A stretch of DNA of 64,000 nt from Eledone cirrhosa (lineage: Eukaryota). Position 1 is the first letter of the stretch, and the number at the start of each line of letters is the position of its first letter. Position numbers and translations under genes: made by a program. The stretch lies in the NCBI GenBank assembly GCA_964016885.1, contig OZ024746.1:37758001-37822000 (forward strand). Reading direction: 5' to 3'. This document shows positions 38,637-52,986 of the stretch, piece by piece. The notes beneath the pieces were generated by a model. That model had not been told where the DNA came from. It saw only the letters and a list, made by a program, of their open reading frames with translations, and ran no database searches.

Positions 38637-39745
38637 GACGCAAACATATTTAGCAAAAACTCACAATACTATAACCAAGCATTAGCTAGATCCGGCCATA
38701 ATATAGAAATTGAGTTCCTACCTAAGAAAACACATAGCTACAACATCATCTCGCATAACATGTCCATGAGGAAACCTAATAATAGGAATAGCAACCACAA
38801 GTACACCAAAGCGGAGAGTGACACCGGAAGTAACCATTACCACGCAAACTACTGTAGTGCCTTAGGAAGAAACAACACACCAAACACTAAAAACAAAAAT
38901 AGAAGAAGAAATAATACATTTTTCAACCCTCCTTTCAACCTAAATGTCTGCACCAACATACCTAGGGCCTTCTTCTCACTACTAGATAAAAACTTCCCCC
39001 TAGGACACAAGTACCACAACCTTTTAAAAAAAAACACGATTAAAATCTCATACTCTACGACGCCTAACATAGCATACCACATAGCTAGCAGCAATAAAAG
39101 TAAAATTAATTCTTACTTCCAACAAACGAAGTCGCAACAGAATGTAAACCTTCTAAATACCTCTGTAGCAAGCGACCTTAGTAACGGCAGTAACAATAGA
39201 AATAACACTAGTATAAGAAATAACACCGGGGTCGACAACCCGAATGTCCAAAATCCTATAGCTACCACCCAGACTTCTGCACTGCATTATAACCAGCGGA
39301 CTAACACTCAGGATAATTGTAACTGTAGAGCCAATAGAACCTGCCCTTTAGATAAAAATGCCTAACCAAGGATATCATATACTCATGCACTGTCACAACT
39401 AGCAACTCTTCAGAAACCTATGTAGGCTCCACTTCTAAGTGCTTCAAAATCAGATATAATTCGCACATCCACTCGTTCAAAAAGCACAGTCTAGCCAACT
39501 CCACCTCACTATCTAGCTACATACACTATCTAAAAAATAAAAATAAACATTACACACTCAAATGGGAAGCGATAAGTAGCGCAACTTCGTACAAACCACC
39601 TAATAAATTTTCTAACCTCTGTATACTAGAGACCCACAATATTATTTTCTCCAACCGTAACCTACTTAACAAAAAATCTGAAGTGTTTGCAACTTGCCAG
39701 CACCGCTTCAGACATTCCTTCCAAAACTTTAAGCCCAATATATAG
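38635..39745 (+). pseudogene. Mirror PLE linker + GIY-YIG, frameshift at about 39358
   Basis: ORF 38760..39365 includes FFNPPFNLNVCTNI, which is absent from the left arm; it continues in another frame to about 39745. Confidence 0.9.
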
Positions 39746-41188
39746 CAATGTCGGACTTGAACCAAACACCACCTATAGCATCAAACACCAGGGGCACACC
39801 TTATACCACATACCCAACACTAACTGATCTAATATAACACAAACAGCGACATCTCTCTAGAACCCTTCGCAACGCGAATACCCATTTGTACCTCTACTTT
39901 AGGTGTGACAACATCCACCCACTTGAACTGCACTACACCGCTCTATAGGTAATTTAAGCATGAATTGATTGTCCTGTTGGTGTTGTGCGGAGGAAGTGCC
40001 TTCGTCGGACAGATGAAAAACGAATTAATCTAGTAACGCTGTTGAGCAGTATGACCGGTACGCTGAGTGCAGTGAATGAATGTATTGCAACTGGCGTGCG
40101 GGTTGTACATATATGGATGATTTGATGGTCAGAGTGGGGTCATGAGGACTGCGGATTGACCTCTGGTCGGCCCTGGTGATGTTTATCTTTCGACATCCAA
40201 TGTAGCAAGCGATGATCCAGAACTTACCAGAGATCATTGTGTGTTGAAGTGATTCTGCAATCACCGCGCCTGGTCCTTTGAGTAGACTACAACCACAGAG
40301 ATCATTAATTTAGAATCCTCGCTCGTCGTCTATAATATTCATTTGTGGCACTCTACGCTGGGAGTTAATTCACCATAATAATACGAACACCTTCAGCACA
40401 ACTTAATAGACTACTCTATAGTTAAAACACTTTAAGCTTTAGAAGCTTTAAGAAATTGCGCATAACCATAGAAGTTAGGGTCTATTTTGAGACACATTTC
40501 AATAGCTAGTAATAGAAACCTCGGAGTTACCTCCCCTCATCCATTAACTCCCTTTAGCCACACACACACTTCCGGGTAGTATTTCAATGTCGATTCTCGA
40601 AACGTAACATCCTCCTGTATTGAACTAAAGAACATCAGACTACGATTCTCTAACTGGATTTTCAAACGCTCAATATCGAATTGTCGTGGATTATGTGAGG
40701 GGCATATAATCTGAAAAATAAACTCCCCAGACTATGAAAATGTCGAAGTACATGAAGTCCATATCATCCCTTCGCTGTGCATTTCCAATATTTTAAATAT
40801 TTTTAATGCTTGCACTATTTTTAATGCTTATATTAATTCTCCACACACAGACTATAACAATCATATAAATAATTTGCCACCAGATCAACCAACCTAACAC
40901 TCTTGTTTACCTACTTAAGTGCTTCTACTACACGTAACTCTCTGCCACACTATATAAACAAGACGCACGTGCTTGCCACACATATAACACTTGCACTATA
41001 TAACCGCTTATTTTCATGTTGTATGTTAACCTGTATTTTTGATTGTATCTTTTAATATGAATGTAATCTCTAAGTGTGTACTGCCACTCTAAATGTTGTA
41101 ATGAATGTTGACCCACAATATTTGCATATGTATCTGTATGTCTCTTGGGTGAAAAGGAGGTCATATAAGTGTTCATTCAATAATAAAT

Positions 41189-41235
41189 TGCTCCGAAGAA
41201 TCCAAACCTCGGTTTGGAGGAAACAGTTGTAAGCA
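41189..41235 (+). ncRNA. Minimal hammerhead ribozyme with CCGAAGA core; mirror at 36302-36348 (-)
   Basis: tgct-CCGAAGA-a-tccaaacc-tc-ggtttgga-g-GAAA-cagttg-TA-agca. Confidence 0.8.
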
Positions 41236-41545
41236 TAAAAATGTTTTGAATAGTGCTTTGATTCTTAAATTTCATATGATGTAAATCATATGATGTTTTT
41301 ACATTAAGCTACTTAACTTTCTGGTAATAAGGTAGTAATATATTACTGCCTACCACTATTTAGGGTTTGTATAAAAATATATATAACTGCAAAAGATTTT
41401 TTTATTTACATAGCCATAAATAGTATAATTAATACTATATATATATATATGTAGTTTCAGAAGATCCTGTTAAGGGTGAAAGCAGCGATTCTTTGCTTAA
41501 ACTTTAATCTGTTATTTTAATAAATATATATATATATATGTGTGT

Positions 41546-41588
<43 letters not shown>

Positions 41589-41725
41589 CGAAGGAAATGT
41601 GGTAAGGAACCAGGTGGACCATAACGCACCAAAATACTCAATACTTAGGGTAGTAGAGTGGGTAATAGGAACAAGTAAGACCCCGACGGCTGAGTTTAAG
41701 CCGTTTCGACGGGGTCTTACTTGTT

Positions 41726-41809
<84 letters not shown>

Positions 41810-42186
41810 GAGAGAGAGAGTGAGAGAGAGAGAGAGAACGTACAGAAGACAGCTCTACTAGGCATTGAACATATATTGCGATGAAAGAAACATTAAAATA
41901 GAAGCAATACCAAAAATAATACAACCCTCACCAGGACGGTAATACTGTGACAGTAGCTATAAAACTATAGTTAATGATGATATAAGAGATTGTACAATAA
42001 TCGTAATACTGTTTTATGGTAAAAACAAATTTTAAAATAAATCAGAATAGAGAAACATTATTCATTTTTAAACACAATTGAAACGATGCCAACCAATATT
42101 TACGAAAATATGAGCATATACAGTTATTTCAAGAAAAATCAAAGTTCCTCTATATATGAGAAAATATAGAACACGAGGTCAAACAT

Positions 42187-42398
42187 ACTGCGAACATATA
42201 ATTGTTTCTACTTTTGGCACAAGGCCAGCACTTAACTAGTGTATTACTGGTACTTTATTTTATCGACCTCATAAGGACGAAAGGCAAAGTTAACCTCGGC
42301 GGGATTTGAAATCAGAATGGCAAGGGCCATAACTCTATGCGTCAAAGCATGACGTCCGACCCTCTACCGATACTGCCAATGCACTGCGAACATATAAT
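42187..42398 (-). mobile_element. Near full-length SINE with 16-bp TSD
   Basis: TSD actgcgaacatataat at 42187 and 42383; same core as the other SINE copies. Confidence 0.85.
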
Positions 42399-42471
42399 GA
42401 AAGAATAAAAGTAATGCAACACTTCATGGAAGAGAAGGAAATCTTGAAAACATTATAGTTTTGCATCTCAA

Positions 42472-42790
42472 CTGGAGCCAGCAGGCCTAGAACGCGGAGA
42501 TGGCAAGCGCTCCGACGGAGTCAGCCTCTTCCCTTTCGAAGGAGGTAGATCCCTCATCTATGATGCCACCTGCCGCGACACGTTCTCCACATCCAAATTA
42601 GTCCCTTCGGCCACAAACCCCAGCATCGCAGCCGCTTCCTCTTCGCACCAGTCGCCGTCGAGAACTTAGGCGTACTTGGAGCCCCTACTGCCGAACTCCA
42701 CCACAAGTTCGAATGACGCTGTTGCAGCATCATTCGATGACCATAGTCAGTGGGGATGCTCTTGCGGTCTGTCCGCGGTGTGCATCACTT
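42472..42790 (+). pseudogene. Restriction-like endonuclease domain of a CRE-type non-LTR retrotransposon (3' fragment)
   Basis: Manual translation gives LEPAGLERGDGKRSDGVSLFPFEGGRSLIYDATCRDTFS...PVAVENLGVLG, matching the EPxGL..DGKRPDG..WDxT and P+A+E+LG pattern. Confidence 0.75.
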
Positions 42791-44471
42791 CTGTCCCCTT
42801 GGCCTAGGCCCAAAACGCAATCCCCTCCACTTCACTCCTCTCCTCTCTTCTACGACACCAGAGCTCTTACCCCCCCCCCCCCTCGTTCCTTCTCATCTTA
42901 CTTTGCCTCTTTTTTCTCTATATTTCCCTATTCCTTTTTCCCTTTTCTTTCCTTTTCTGTTTTTATTATTGCCATTATTCTAGTTGTCATTATTATTTTG
43001 CAGCATGGAATTAAGGTCCTTTGCGTTCTGAGTTCAACTCAGCCGATGTTAACTTTGCCTTTCATCATTACGGGGTCGATAAAATAAAGCACCAGCAATG
43101 CACTAGGGTAATTGCTGGACTTGTGGCAAAAGTAAAAAAATTATTATTATTATTATTATTATTACTATAATTGTTGTTGTTACTGGAAATAAAACTATGT
43201 ATCGGTAATTTAAAGAATATTGAATGTATTTATATGTTTGTGTGGTTGTCTTGTATTCATTCCAAATATATATTAAATATATTAAATGTAATATTTTTGC
43301 ATTGTATATAGAGTAAATAGACATCAACTTCGCAAGCCTGAAATATATTCTACCAAATTAGGTGTCTACTTTGAGGTGGAGTTAAAACGCACAATTATCT
43401 ATCTCGGTGGTGGTAGAATATCTGCGTTGGTACCTGCGTAATGTTGGTAAAACTAATTGTCGTTTGTTTACATTAATGATGCAAACGAGTATAACTATGT
43501 TATATACAGTATAGTCCTAATTTAATTCTAAACCTAGGTCACTTGCCAATGATTTGGGTTTACGTTTGCATGCGTGGTAATCTGTGAGGATATTCTTTGT
43601 TCATACAATAACAATTTGGTTACTTTAATCATCTTTATCACACTTTACCCCCACTTTAGACCATTTTCCTCTGCCTCACAGTTTCCTCACATAGAGAATG
43701 AGGAAATGTCTCAAATCAAACGAGACACCTAGTTATTTTAAAGTCGAAAGTCATATTGAAAGAGGGCAGGTCTCAGAAAGCAAACAAGGGAGATGACTCC
43801 TCGGTAATGGCATATTTTTTAACAATTTAAGTCTGCATAGTGGGAGTTGGAAACCTAGCATATTTATTCCACACAGCAAGACAATATATTAAATCTACTC
43901 AGCAAAGATACATCTGTATCTGAAAATGTTCACATATACATGTATAAAAGAGGACGGCAATGTTTTGTGCCATATATTATCCTTATTCTGTCCGTTTTCA
44001 TTGCGATATCAAAGCAAAGAAGATTTGTTTGGAGTTGCGTTTGTAATGGCCATTTACATTTACCAATTTGAAAATGAAATTTTACTTCTCTGTGTTGATA
44101 ACATTTTTTTTCTTTTTTTCTCTCTCTTTCTCTCTAAATCTTTTCACTTCATCTCTTTGATCTGCTTGTTACCAAAATGTAGTGGCTATTTGTTGTTGAC
44201 ATTATAATAGATGACAGTACATTCTACAAACTGAGATTCGACCGGATTTAATCCATAGTAAATCAAGCCAAGCCGTTGGCAAAAATGTATATATAGCATA
44301 AACATATCTAAGAAGGAACTGCGATTACTACGCCAGAGAAATGATGTAGATGTCCACATACACAGAAGATATTTTGATAAGAAAAGAAAAATGACACGTT
44401 CATGGGGCAATCCGTATAGGATATCATTTCTAGGTAAAGCTCTGTGAAAGGGCGAGCGTCCACGGCTTTTG

Positions 44472-44526
<55 letters not shown>

Positions 44527-45042
44527 TAATAATGTATCATATTTCTTCTGAAAGATAGAAGATTGTTATCTTTGTATATGCAAACATATAGAACCCGATC
44601 ACGACATTTCACTTTTACTCAAAGAATAAATTGATTCCGTAATTATATTCAATTTGCATATTTGCATATCATTTTCTCTTAATGTCTAATTCCTCAATAC
44701 AAAGCTGTATTCATCTTCGATTCAAACTCTTTCTTTAGTTTTGTTATGTCGTGTTGGGCGAATGCAGAATACCAAATACAAAATTAATATATTCGAAACT
44801 TATACATAATAACATAAATTACACAAAAATATGTTATAAAATAATAAAATTCATTATGTTTAATTTATCTTCTTCCATTTTTTCGTCGAATATTTTACAT
44901 GTTTTTTTTCTTCCTTAATTTCTGCAACTTTTAGTTATAGTTAGTGCTTTAATGAATTAATATTCTTATTTTACTATATTTCTTTACATCTAACGTACAC
45001 ACCGATAGACACATTTACACATAAATGCTTGCACATGCAACT

Positions 45043-45078
<36 letters not shown>

Positions 45079-45357
45079 GCATACATACATACATACATAC
45101 ATACATGTATTGAATATTACTTTCATGATTTATTTTATTTATTATATTTTTTCCGCCTTCATCTGAATATTTTAATTTTTCTGATACTGCTGTCTTCAGT
45201 TACCTAACAATGCAGCATTACCAAACTAGGAAAAGAAGATATCAAAAAAATTTGGATTTGAATAATTGGTATTGAAATCTTTGTGAGACTCAAACAAAGA
45301 GGAGATCATCTAACACCGCTATCGTTATGAATAGGAAAGTAATGAAATCGAGATTAT

Positions 45358-45464
<107 letters not shown>

Positions 45465-46141
45465 GTGAGGTTTTTTTTACAAAATGAAAAATAACCGGGG
45501 TGTCCTACACGAGTGAAAATATAAAGAAAAAGAGATGAAATCGAAACAGGAGTCTTATTTTTTTAAAAAATATATATATTTTTTTGGTTCCTTTACCGGT
45601 TTCGCAGTTCTTCTGCTTTTCAAAAGGTGAGTTGAGATGGAGGGTCTGTGGTTTTTCTCACATCTGGTTGGTCTCTGAATGTTACTTGTTTTATATGGAA
45701 AAAGTGGCTCGAAATGCCAGGTTTTTCGAGAAGTAATTTGATTGGTTTGTCAATAATTATAATAAATTTCGCGCCAGTTCGCGTTACAATAGTTCTTCAA
45801 ATAAGAGGGGGGGGTGTCACAGGTTGTTTTTTTTCATATATGAGTGTTTGAATTTCTTTTTACTTGAAAAAAGGAGGCTCACGAAGGCTTTTTGGGGGTT
45901 GGTTATAAATGAAATTTGGCTGTCACGTGAACAAGTTTTCATTACATTTTTGCGCCCTTATTTGGAAAACTATTCTGTAGTCTTTATAGTGAATGTTATG
46001 ACAATGGAAAGTTAGTGGTCAAGAGAAAAGGGATTGGGAGAATTGTTCTGGTTCAGTGAATATGGTTAGTTCGCTGGGGTGTCAGAGTTCAGATTTTCTA
46101 TTGAAGTGAAGATATGTATGTTTATTTGTGTGCTTGTGTGT

Positions 46142-46204
<63 letters not shown>

Positions 46205-46677
46205 TATTGGAAGATGATTCGATTAGTAGAGATGGGGGAGGGAGTTGTGTGTGTGTATATGGGTGTTATGTGTGTGTGTGCGAGTATGTTAAGATGGAGA
46301 GAATATATATTTTGTGTGTGTGTATATATATATGTGTGTAGGAAAGTGGTTATATTAGTAGAAATGGGGAGGGGGTTGTAGGTGTGGGGGTTGTTATGTG
46401 TGTGTATGGGTGTTATGTGTGTGGGAGTATGGTTAGCATGTTAAGATGAAGAGAATATATATATATATATATTGTGTGTGTGTATGTGTGTGTGTAGGAA
46501 AGTGATTCCTTTAGTAGGAATATTTTTGAATGAACATATTTTCCTTATTCGTGTTTGCTGTTGTATTGTCAGCGCAAACGTATGTTAAGGTTTATTTAGT
46601 TCGGGTTTTTATTTTCTAGAGCAGAAGGTGTTATGTGTGTGTGTGTATGTCATATTATGGTGTTGACATAATGTATA

Positions 46678-49070
46678 TTAAACCTTATTTAATGTTGGTC
46701 TATATTTTTGAATAAACATATTTTCCTTATTTATTCGCATTTGTTCTGTTGTATTGTTAGCGCAAAGGTAAAATGGGAAGATTTGGAATTTGGGTGTCTT
46801 ATTACTTGCGCAAATGTCTAGATGTGCACTTAGTGGTATCTGTCTCGTGGTTGTATCTCGTAAATGTTGGCGATGAACTGTCATTCTGTTTCTGAGTGTG
46901 AGTTTAGTTTGTCCTATATAATCTTCATTTCATCCTTTACATTTAATGGCATAAAGTAGATTTTTGATGAGCAAGTGAAGTGATTTTTTACAGTAAAATT
47001 TTGTCCTGATTTAAATGTATACGTGTTGCCTTCAATGAGGTGAGTGCAGATTCCACAATTAGAGCGACCACATTTTTTTATACTTGGTTGTGGGTTTGTG
47101 GTAGGTAATTTGGCATTGGTGAGTAATGTTTTCAGTGATTTTGGTTGTCTTTTGCTTTTGATTATTTTGTGTGTTTCAAGGGCTTTTTTCATTCTTGGGT
47201 TTTGTTTTAGTAGTGGGATGTTATTGTGAATAGTGTTGTAAGCTTCCGCATTTCTTGGATTGTGTGTTGAGATATATGATAGAATATTGGACGTACTTTG
47301 AATTTGTTTCTGTTTCCGTAATTCATCAATGGCTATTGCTTTAGCCCTTTCTATTCCATTATTTATTAGTAATAGTGGGTACTCTCTCTCGAGTATAATT
47401 TCCTTTAATTCTTGAAGTCTTTTATTTCACGTTTCATAATTGGAGACAATTGTGCAAATTCTTCTTGCTAGGTTAAAAGGAATGTTCGTCTTCGTGTGCT
47501 TTGGGTGGTTGGAGGTGAATAGCAGATATTGTTTGGAATCTGTTGGTTTGTAGTGTATGTCAGTTTCGATATTTGTGTCTTTTTTTAAGATTAAGATGTC
47601 CAGAAATGGGAGTTGATCTTGGCTGCTTTCCATTGTGGATTGGATGTGGTTATTGATGCCGTTTATTAAGTTTTTGAAATCCTTCAGTTGGTCGAGTGTG
47701 TGGGACCAAAGAATGAGGCAATCATCCAAGTAGCGTTTCCAATTCTCTGATAAATATTTGTGGAAGTTCAATCCGTATTTTGATTTGGACTTTTCATATA
47801 TCTGAACTTCTAAGTATGCCATGACTAAGTTGGCATAAGTTGGACCGGCTTTTGTACCCATCGCAGTCCCCGATATTTGCTTGTAAGTATTGCCATCGAA
47901 ATCAAAAAAGTTGTTCTGTGGGATGAATTTTAATCCCTCGGTGATGAAGCTTTGTTCTATTCTGTCAGGTATCTCATTGGGATATTTCTCTAGCCTGAAT
48001 CCTATAGCTTCTAGTCCGTATTGGTGTGGGATCGTTGTGTAGAGATTCACTACATCAAAAGACACAATAATAGTGTCGTTGTTGACATGTTTGGGGAGGT
48101 GGTTTAAGAGGTCCAGATCGTCTCTTACAAGGCTTGGTATGTGTTTCAGTATTGGTTTCAGTAGTATGTCTATAAAGTTGCTCAATTTGCGTGTTTCACA
48201 TTGTGGGCCCGCTACAATTGGTCTTAATTTAAGGTATGTGGGGTATTGTGTGTTCACGCAGGCTGAGGTGGATTGTTTACAGGCATCGTTGATTATTTTA
48301 CACTTGTGGATCTTCGGAAGTCCGTAAAGGTTGCTGGTTTTGTATTCAAAATGTGTTAAATAATCGCGTTCCTTTTTAGTTAGGTCTTCCTGGTATCGAT
48401 AAATCAGTGTGTTTAATTTGGTCAATAATTTTGATTGCTGGTAGTTTTTTACTCTTTCATAGTAATGAGTATTTTGTAAGAGAGAGAACACAGAATGTTT
48501 ATATTTTTCAGCCTCCATAATGACAACAGTACTTCCCTTGTCCCCTTCCTTAATTATAATGTCCATATTGTTTTTTTAGTTCATGGATAATCTCCCATTC
48601 CCTTCGACTTGTGTTGGGTTTGGGTTTAGGTTGCGGTAGTTCATGGTACGGGAAGGTAGCTATGAGGTCAGAAAATTTGTCCAGAACTCTGTTTCTACCT
48701 TTTGTTGGGTTGTAGATGCTTTTATTCCGTACACTTGATTCGTCGTTATTCTCCTTGTCAAAGAATTCCTCTGTGAGACGTAATTTTCTACAGAAGTGTG
48801 AGATATCGTCATTTATCTCGTTGGGGTTAGGGTATTGTGGTGTTGGTGTGAATTTCAGACCTTTGGAGAGAATTTTTACTTGTTGGGCTGAGAGGTTTGT
48901 ATTTGAAATGTTAATTATTTTCGGTTTTTCAAAATCGGTTTGTGCCACCGGGTGTCGTGAGTGCTGTAGCCTTGATCTAAAAAATGATTTGTCTGGAATG
49001 TTTTTTCATTGGTATTATTATATCTAATGGTATTTCCCCTGTTGTTGTGTGGTCTTGTATAGAAGTTTCG
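46678..49070 (-). pseudogene. Neptune-type PLE RT + Zn finger + GIY-YIG, frameshifted
   Basis: LSKGLKFTPTP, GDKG, LYGLPKIHK, RPIVAGP, FDVVNLYTTIP, GTAMGT, RYLDD, LPFLD, YKPT, CGRSNCGIC, YAIKC..YIGQT. Confidence 0.93.
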
Positions 49071-49071
49071 G

Positions 49072-49675
49072 AATCATATATCACAACACACATCCCAAGA
49101 AATGCGGAAGCTTACAACACTATTCACAATAACATCCCACTACTAAAACAAAACCCAAGAATGAAAAAAGCCCTTGAAACACACAAAATAATCAAAAGCA
49201 AAAGACAACCAAAATCACTGAAAACATTACTCACCAATGCCAAATTACCTACCACAAACCCACAACCAAGTATAAAAAAATGTGGTCGCTCTAATTGTGG
49301 AACCTGCATTCACCTCATTGAAGGCAACACGTATACATTTAAATCAGGACAAAATTTTACTGTAAAAAATCACTTCACTTGCTCATCAAAAATCTACTTT
49401 ATGCCATTAAATGTAAAGGATGCAATGAAGATTATATAGGACAAACTAAACTCACACTCAGAAACAGAATGACAGTTCATCGCCAACAATTACGAGATAC
49501 AACCACGAGACAGATACCACTAAGTGCACATCTAGACATTTGCGCAAGTAATAAGACACCCAAATTCCAAGTCTTCCCATTTTACCTTTGCGCTAACAAT
49601 ACAACAGAACAAATGCGAATAAATAAGGAAAATATGTTTATTCAAAAATATAGACCAACATTAAATAAGGTTTAA
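49072..49675 (+). pseudogene. Mirror copy of the Neptune linker/GIY-YIG
   Basis: CGRSNCGTC; LLYAIKCKGCNEDYIGQT..LRNRMTVH..KE..FIQKYRPTLN. Confidence 0.9.
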
Positions 49676-50146
49676 TATACATTATGTCAACACCATAATA
49701 TGACACACACGCACACACATAACACCTTCTGCTTTAGAAAATAAAAACCCGAACTAAATAAATCTTAACATACGTTTGCGCTGACAATACAACAGCAAAC
49801 ACGAATAAGGAAAATATGTTCATTCAAAAATATTCCTACTAAAGGAATCACTTTCCTACACACACACATACACACACACAATATATATAAATATCTATAT
49901 TCTCTTCATCTTAACATGCTAACCATACTCCCACACACATAACACCCATACACACACATAACAACCCCCACACCTACAACTCCCTCCCCATTTCTACTAA
50001 TAGAACCACTTTCCTACAGACATATATATACACACACACAAAATATATATTCTCTCCATCTTAACAAACTCGCACACACACACATAACACCCATATACAC
50101 ACACAACTCCCTCCCCCATCTCTACTAATAGAATCATCTTCCAATA

Positions 50147-50189
<43 letters not shown>

Positions 50190-50709
50190 ACATACAAGCA
50201 CACAAATAAACATACATATCTTCACTTCAATAGAAAATCTGAACTCTGACACCCCAGCGAACTAACCATATTCACTGAACCAGAACAATTCTCCCAATCC
50301 CCTTTCTCTTGACCACTAACTTTCCATTGTCATAACATTCACTATAAAGTCTACAGAATAGTTTTCCAAATAAGGGCGCAAAAATGTAATGAAAACTTGT
50401 TCACGTGACAGCCAAATTTCATTTATAACCAACCCCCAAAAAGCCTTCGTGAGCCTCCTTTTTTCAAGTAAAAAGAAATTCAAACACTCATATATGATAA
50501 AACAACCTGTGACAACCCCCCCCCCCCCTCTCTTATTTGAAAAACTATTGTAACGCGAACTGGCGCGAAATTTATTATAATTATTGACAAACCAATCAAA
50601 TTACTTCTCGAAAAACCTGGCATTTCGAGCCACTTTTTCCATATAAAACAAGTAACATTCAGAGACCAACCAGATGTGAGAAAAACCACAGACCCTCCAT
50701 CTCAACTCA

Positions 50710-50747
50710 CCTTTTGAAAAGCAGAAGAACTGCGAAACCGGTAAAGG
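50710..50747 (+). ncRNA. Minimal hammerhead ribozyme with TTGAAAA core; mirror at 45590-45627 (-)
   Basis: cctt-TTGAAAA-gcag-aagaa-ctgc-GAAA-ccgg-TA-aagg. Confidence 0.8.
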
Positions 50748-50814
50748 AACCAAAAAAATATATATTTAAAAAAAAAATAAGACTCCAGTTGCATTTTCGA
50801 TTTCATCTCTTTTT

Positions 50815-50865
<51 letters not shown>

Positions 50866-52572
50866 CGGTATGTATCAAATTTGTGTCTAAAGGACCCGTA
50901 ATCAAAACAAAATGTTATCTGAAATAAGGCATCATATTTTCTAAGTAGAATTAGAAAATTTCACCGTATATTGACAGTAGAATATGGTTTAAAGTTAAGG
51001 CATATGACCCATTGCAACCGAAAAAGAAAAACGGACATTACTGTGTCTACTTTCCGTGATACGTGTGCTAGTCTGATTATACCAACATAACCTCCCTACA
51101 TTTTTCAGTTAAGTGTAGAAACTCCAGAATTAGTAGCTGTGAAATATGTATAAACCTGTGATTTAAAAAAACCGTGATTGAAAAGTTGTGACTACGGAAA
51201 ATAGTCTAATATAAGGGCACATAAACCCCCATAACGGAAGGAAATCTGTATTAGCATGCGTGTGAATTCGATACATATGAATGTTATATAGTAACCCTTC
51301 TACGTACCTACTGAACCACACCAACTACTTAATCATTATTATCTTCTTTGGTTCCTTCAATCTAACGACCACAGTAATAGCGTGATCGCTCGTTTCTTTT
51401 CCTTCATTCGTCCATCCCTTTCATTCTGACCTCACACTAACCACCTCTGTCTCCGATTCTTCCATCCACTTTCTCAACATCACTGTCTTTCTATCTTGCT
51501 TAATCACCTATGTGCTGTCACACATACACACACATGCGACTCCTGTTACCTCGGCCATAAACATTATTTTTCTTAACACTCGTATATACCACCTGATCCA
51601 TGCATACATAATAGTGTGCAACATAACTCTCAAATGTCTACTCCCCACCCAGAGGATTTAGCCTTATATGCGTGTGTTTTCTTCTCCTGCATTTTCCTAT
51701 ATTTTCTGAGAGCTTCTGCAATTCCTGTATTTTCTGAGAGCTTCAATCTTCGTCAGTGATTCTATAGTTAGAGTATATATATTCAAAGACATGCTACTAA
51801 ATATTTTATTGATAATATAAACCGAATATTCACTTAGAATGGCTTTATATCTATGCCTTAAATATTTCTTTAAAAAATACCTACGATTCTGTTGATATAT
51901 CGGCTGAGGCTGAAATTTCTAAATATATAATTTTGACTTGTTTTTCTATTATTGAAAAGGAAACGTCAAATAAGAAGTACATTCATATTGCCTTTGCTTG
52001 ATTCAAATAATATATTTCGAACATGAAATGTAAAAATAAATAAGAAAATGTGTGTTCTAAATTTCCTTTTCCCGCAATCCAATATAATAGCACACCATAT
52101 ATTTCCCGTTTAGAAAAAGGGGATCTAACAATGGTTTATTTATAAAGTGCTCGCTTGTTGATGAATGTTTTAAAATGAAAACGAGCCAATACACACTACA
52201 TACAAAAAATCACGTATGTATAAATATATATATATGTGTGTGTGTGTCTGTGTGTTTGTATACATGTCCGTATGTGTTGTGTGTGTGTGTCTTTATACCT
52301 TTACACATTTTTTGTGCGAGAAACAAGATACGTTTATTTTTCTAAGCACTTCATTGAACACTCCATGAAATTTGAAAACTGTTAATTCAACGGTGTATAA
52401 TCTGGAAAGAGACTTCAAAGTTACCACTTTGACATCATGGCAAGTGTAATATCCTATCCACCTCTGCTATTCCAATTAACATAAAATGCTCATATGAAGT
52501 GGTGTGCACATACACACAACGTACATATACAAAATACCCCCTCCCCTCCATCACACAGACACACACAAACAT

Positions 52573-52607
<35 letters not shown>

Positions 52608-52695
52608 GCATTCTCGAACACATACATACCTACCTACATACATACATACACACATCTATATATATATTTATATATTTAAATATATATATGTATAG

Positions 52696-52769
<74 letters not shown>

Positions 52770-52779
52770 TTATATATGC

Positions 52780-52817
<38 letters not shown>

Positions 52818-52819
52818 GA

Positions 52820-52862
<43 letters not shown>

Positions 52863-52892
52863 TATACATATATATATATGAATATATATATA

Positions 52893-52934
<42 letters not shown>

Positions 52935-52950
52935 TATACATATATATATA

Positions 52951-52986
<36 letters not shown>

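Larger units (their letters stand above)
36260..41436. mobile_element. Naiad-type PLE family B fold-back; centre about 38636
   Basis: 36260-38636 is the inverse of 38635-41278, and the right arm extends about 160 nt further. Both arms carry RT-thumb/GIY-YIG remnants and an HHR. Confidence 0.93.

Noticed and set aside
40062-40223. Segment missing from the left arm of family B as a spliced antisense intron (GTAAGT...CAG)
   Set aside because: The left arm retains GTAAG, so the breakpoints do not match splice sites; a 2-nt microhomology deletion fits better.
43900-44470. Possible host exon(s)
   Set aside because: No recognisable domain or convincing splice structure.
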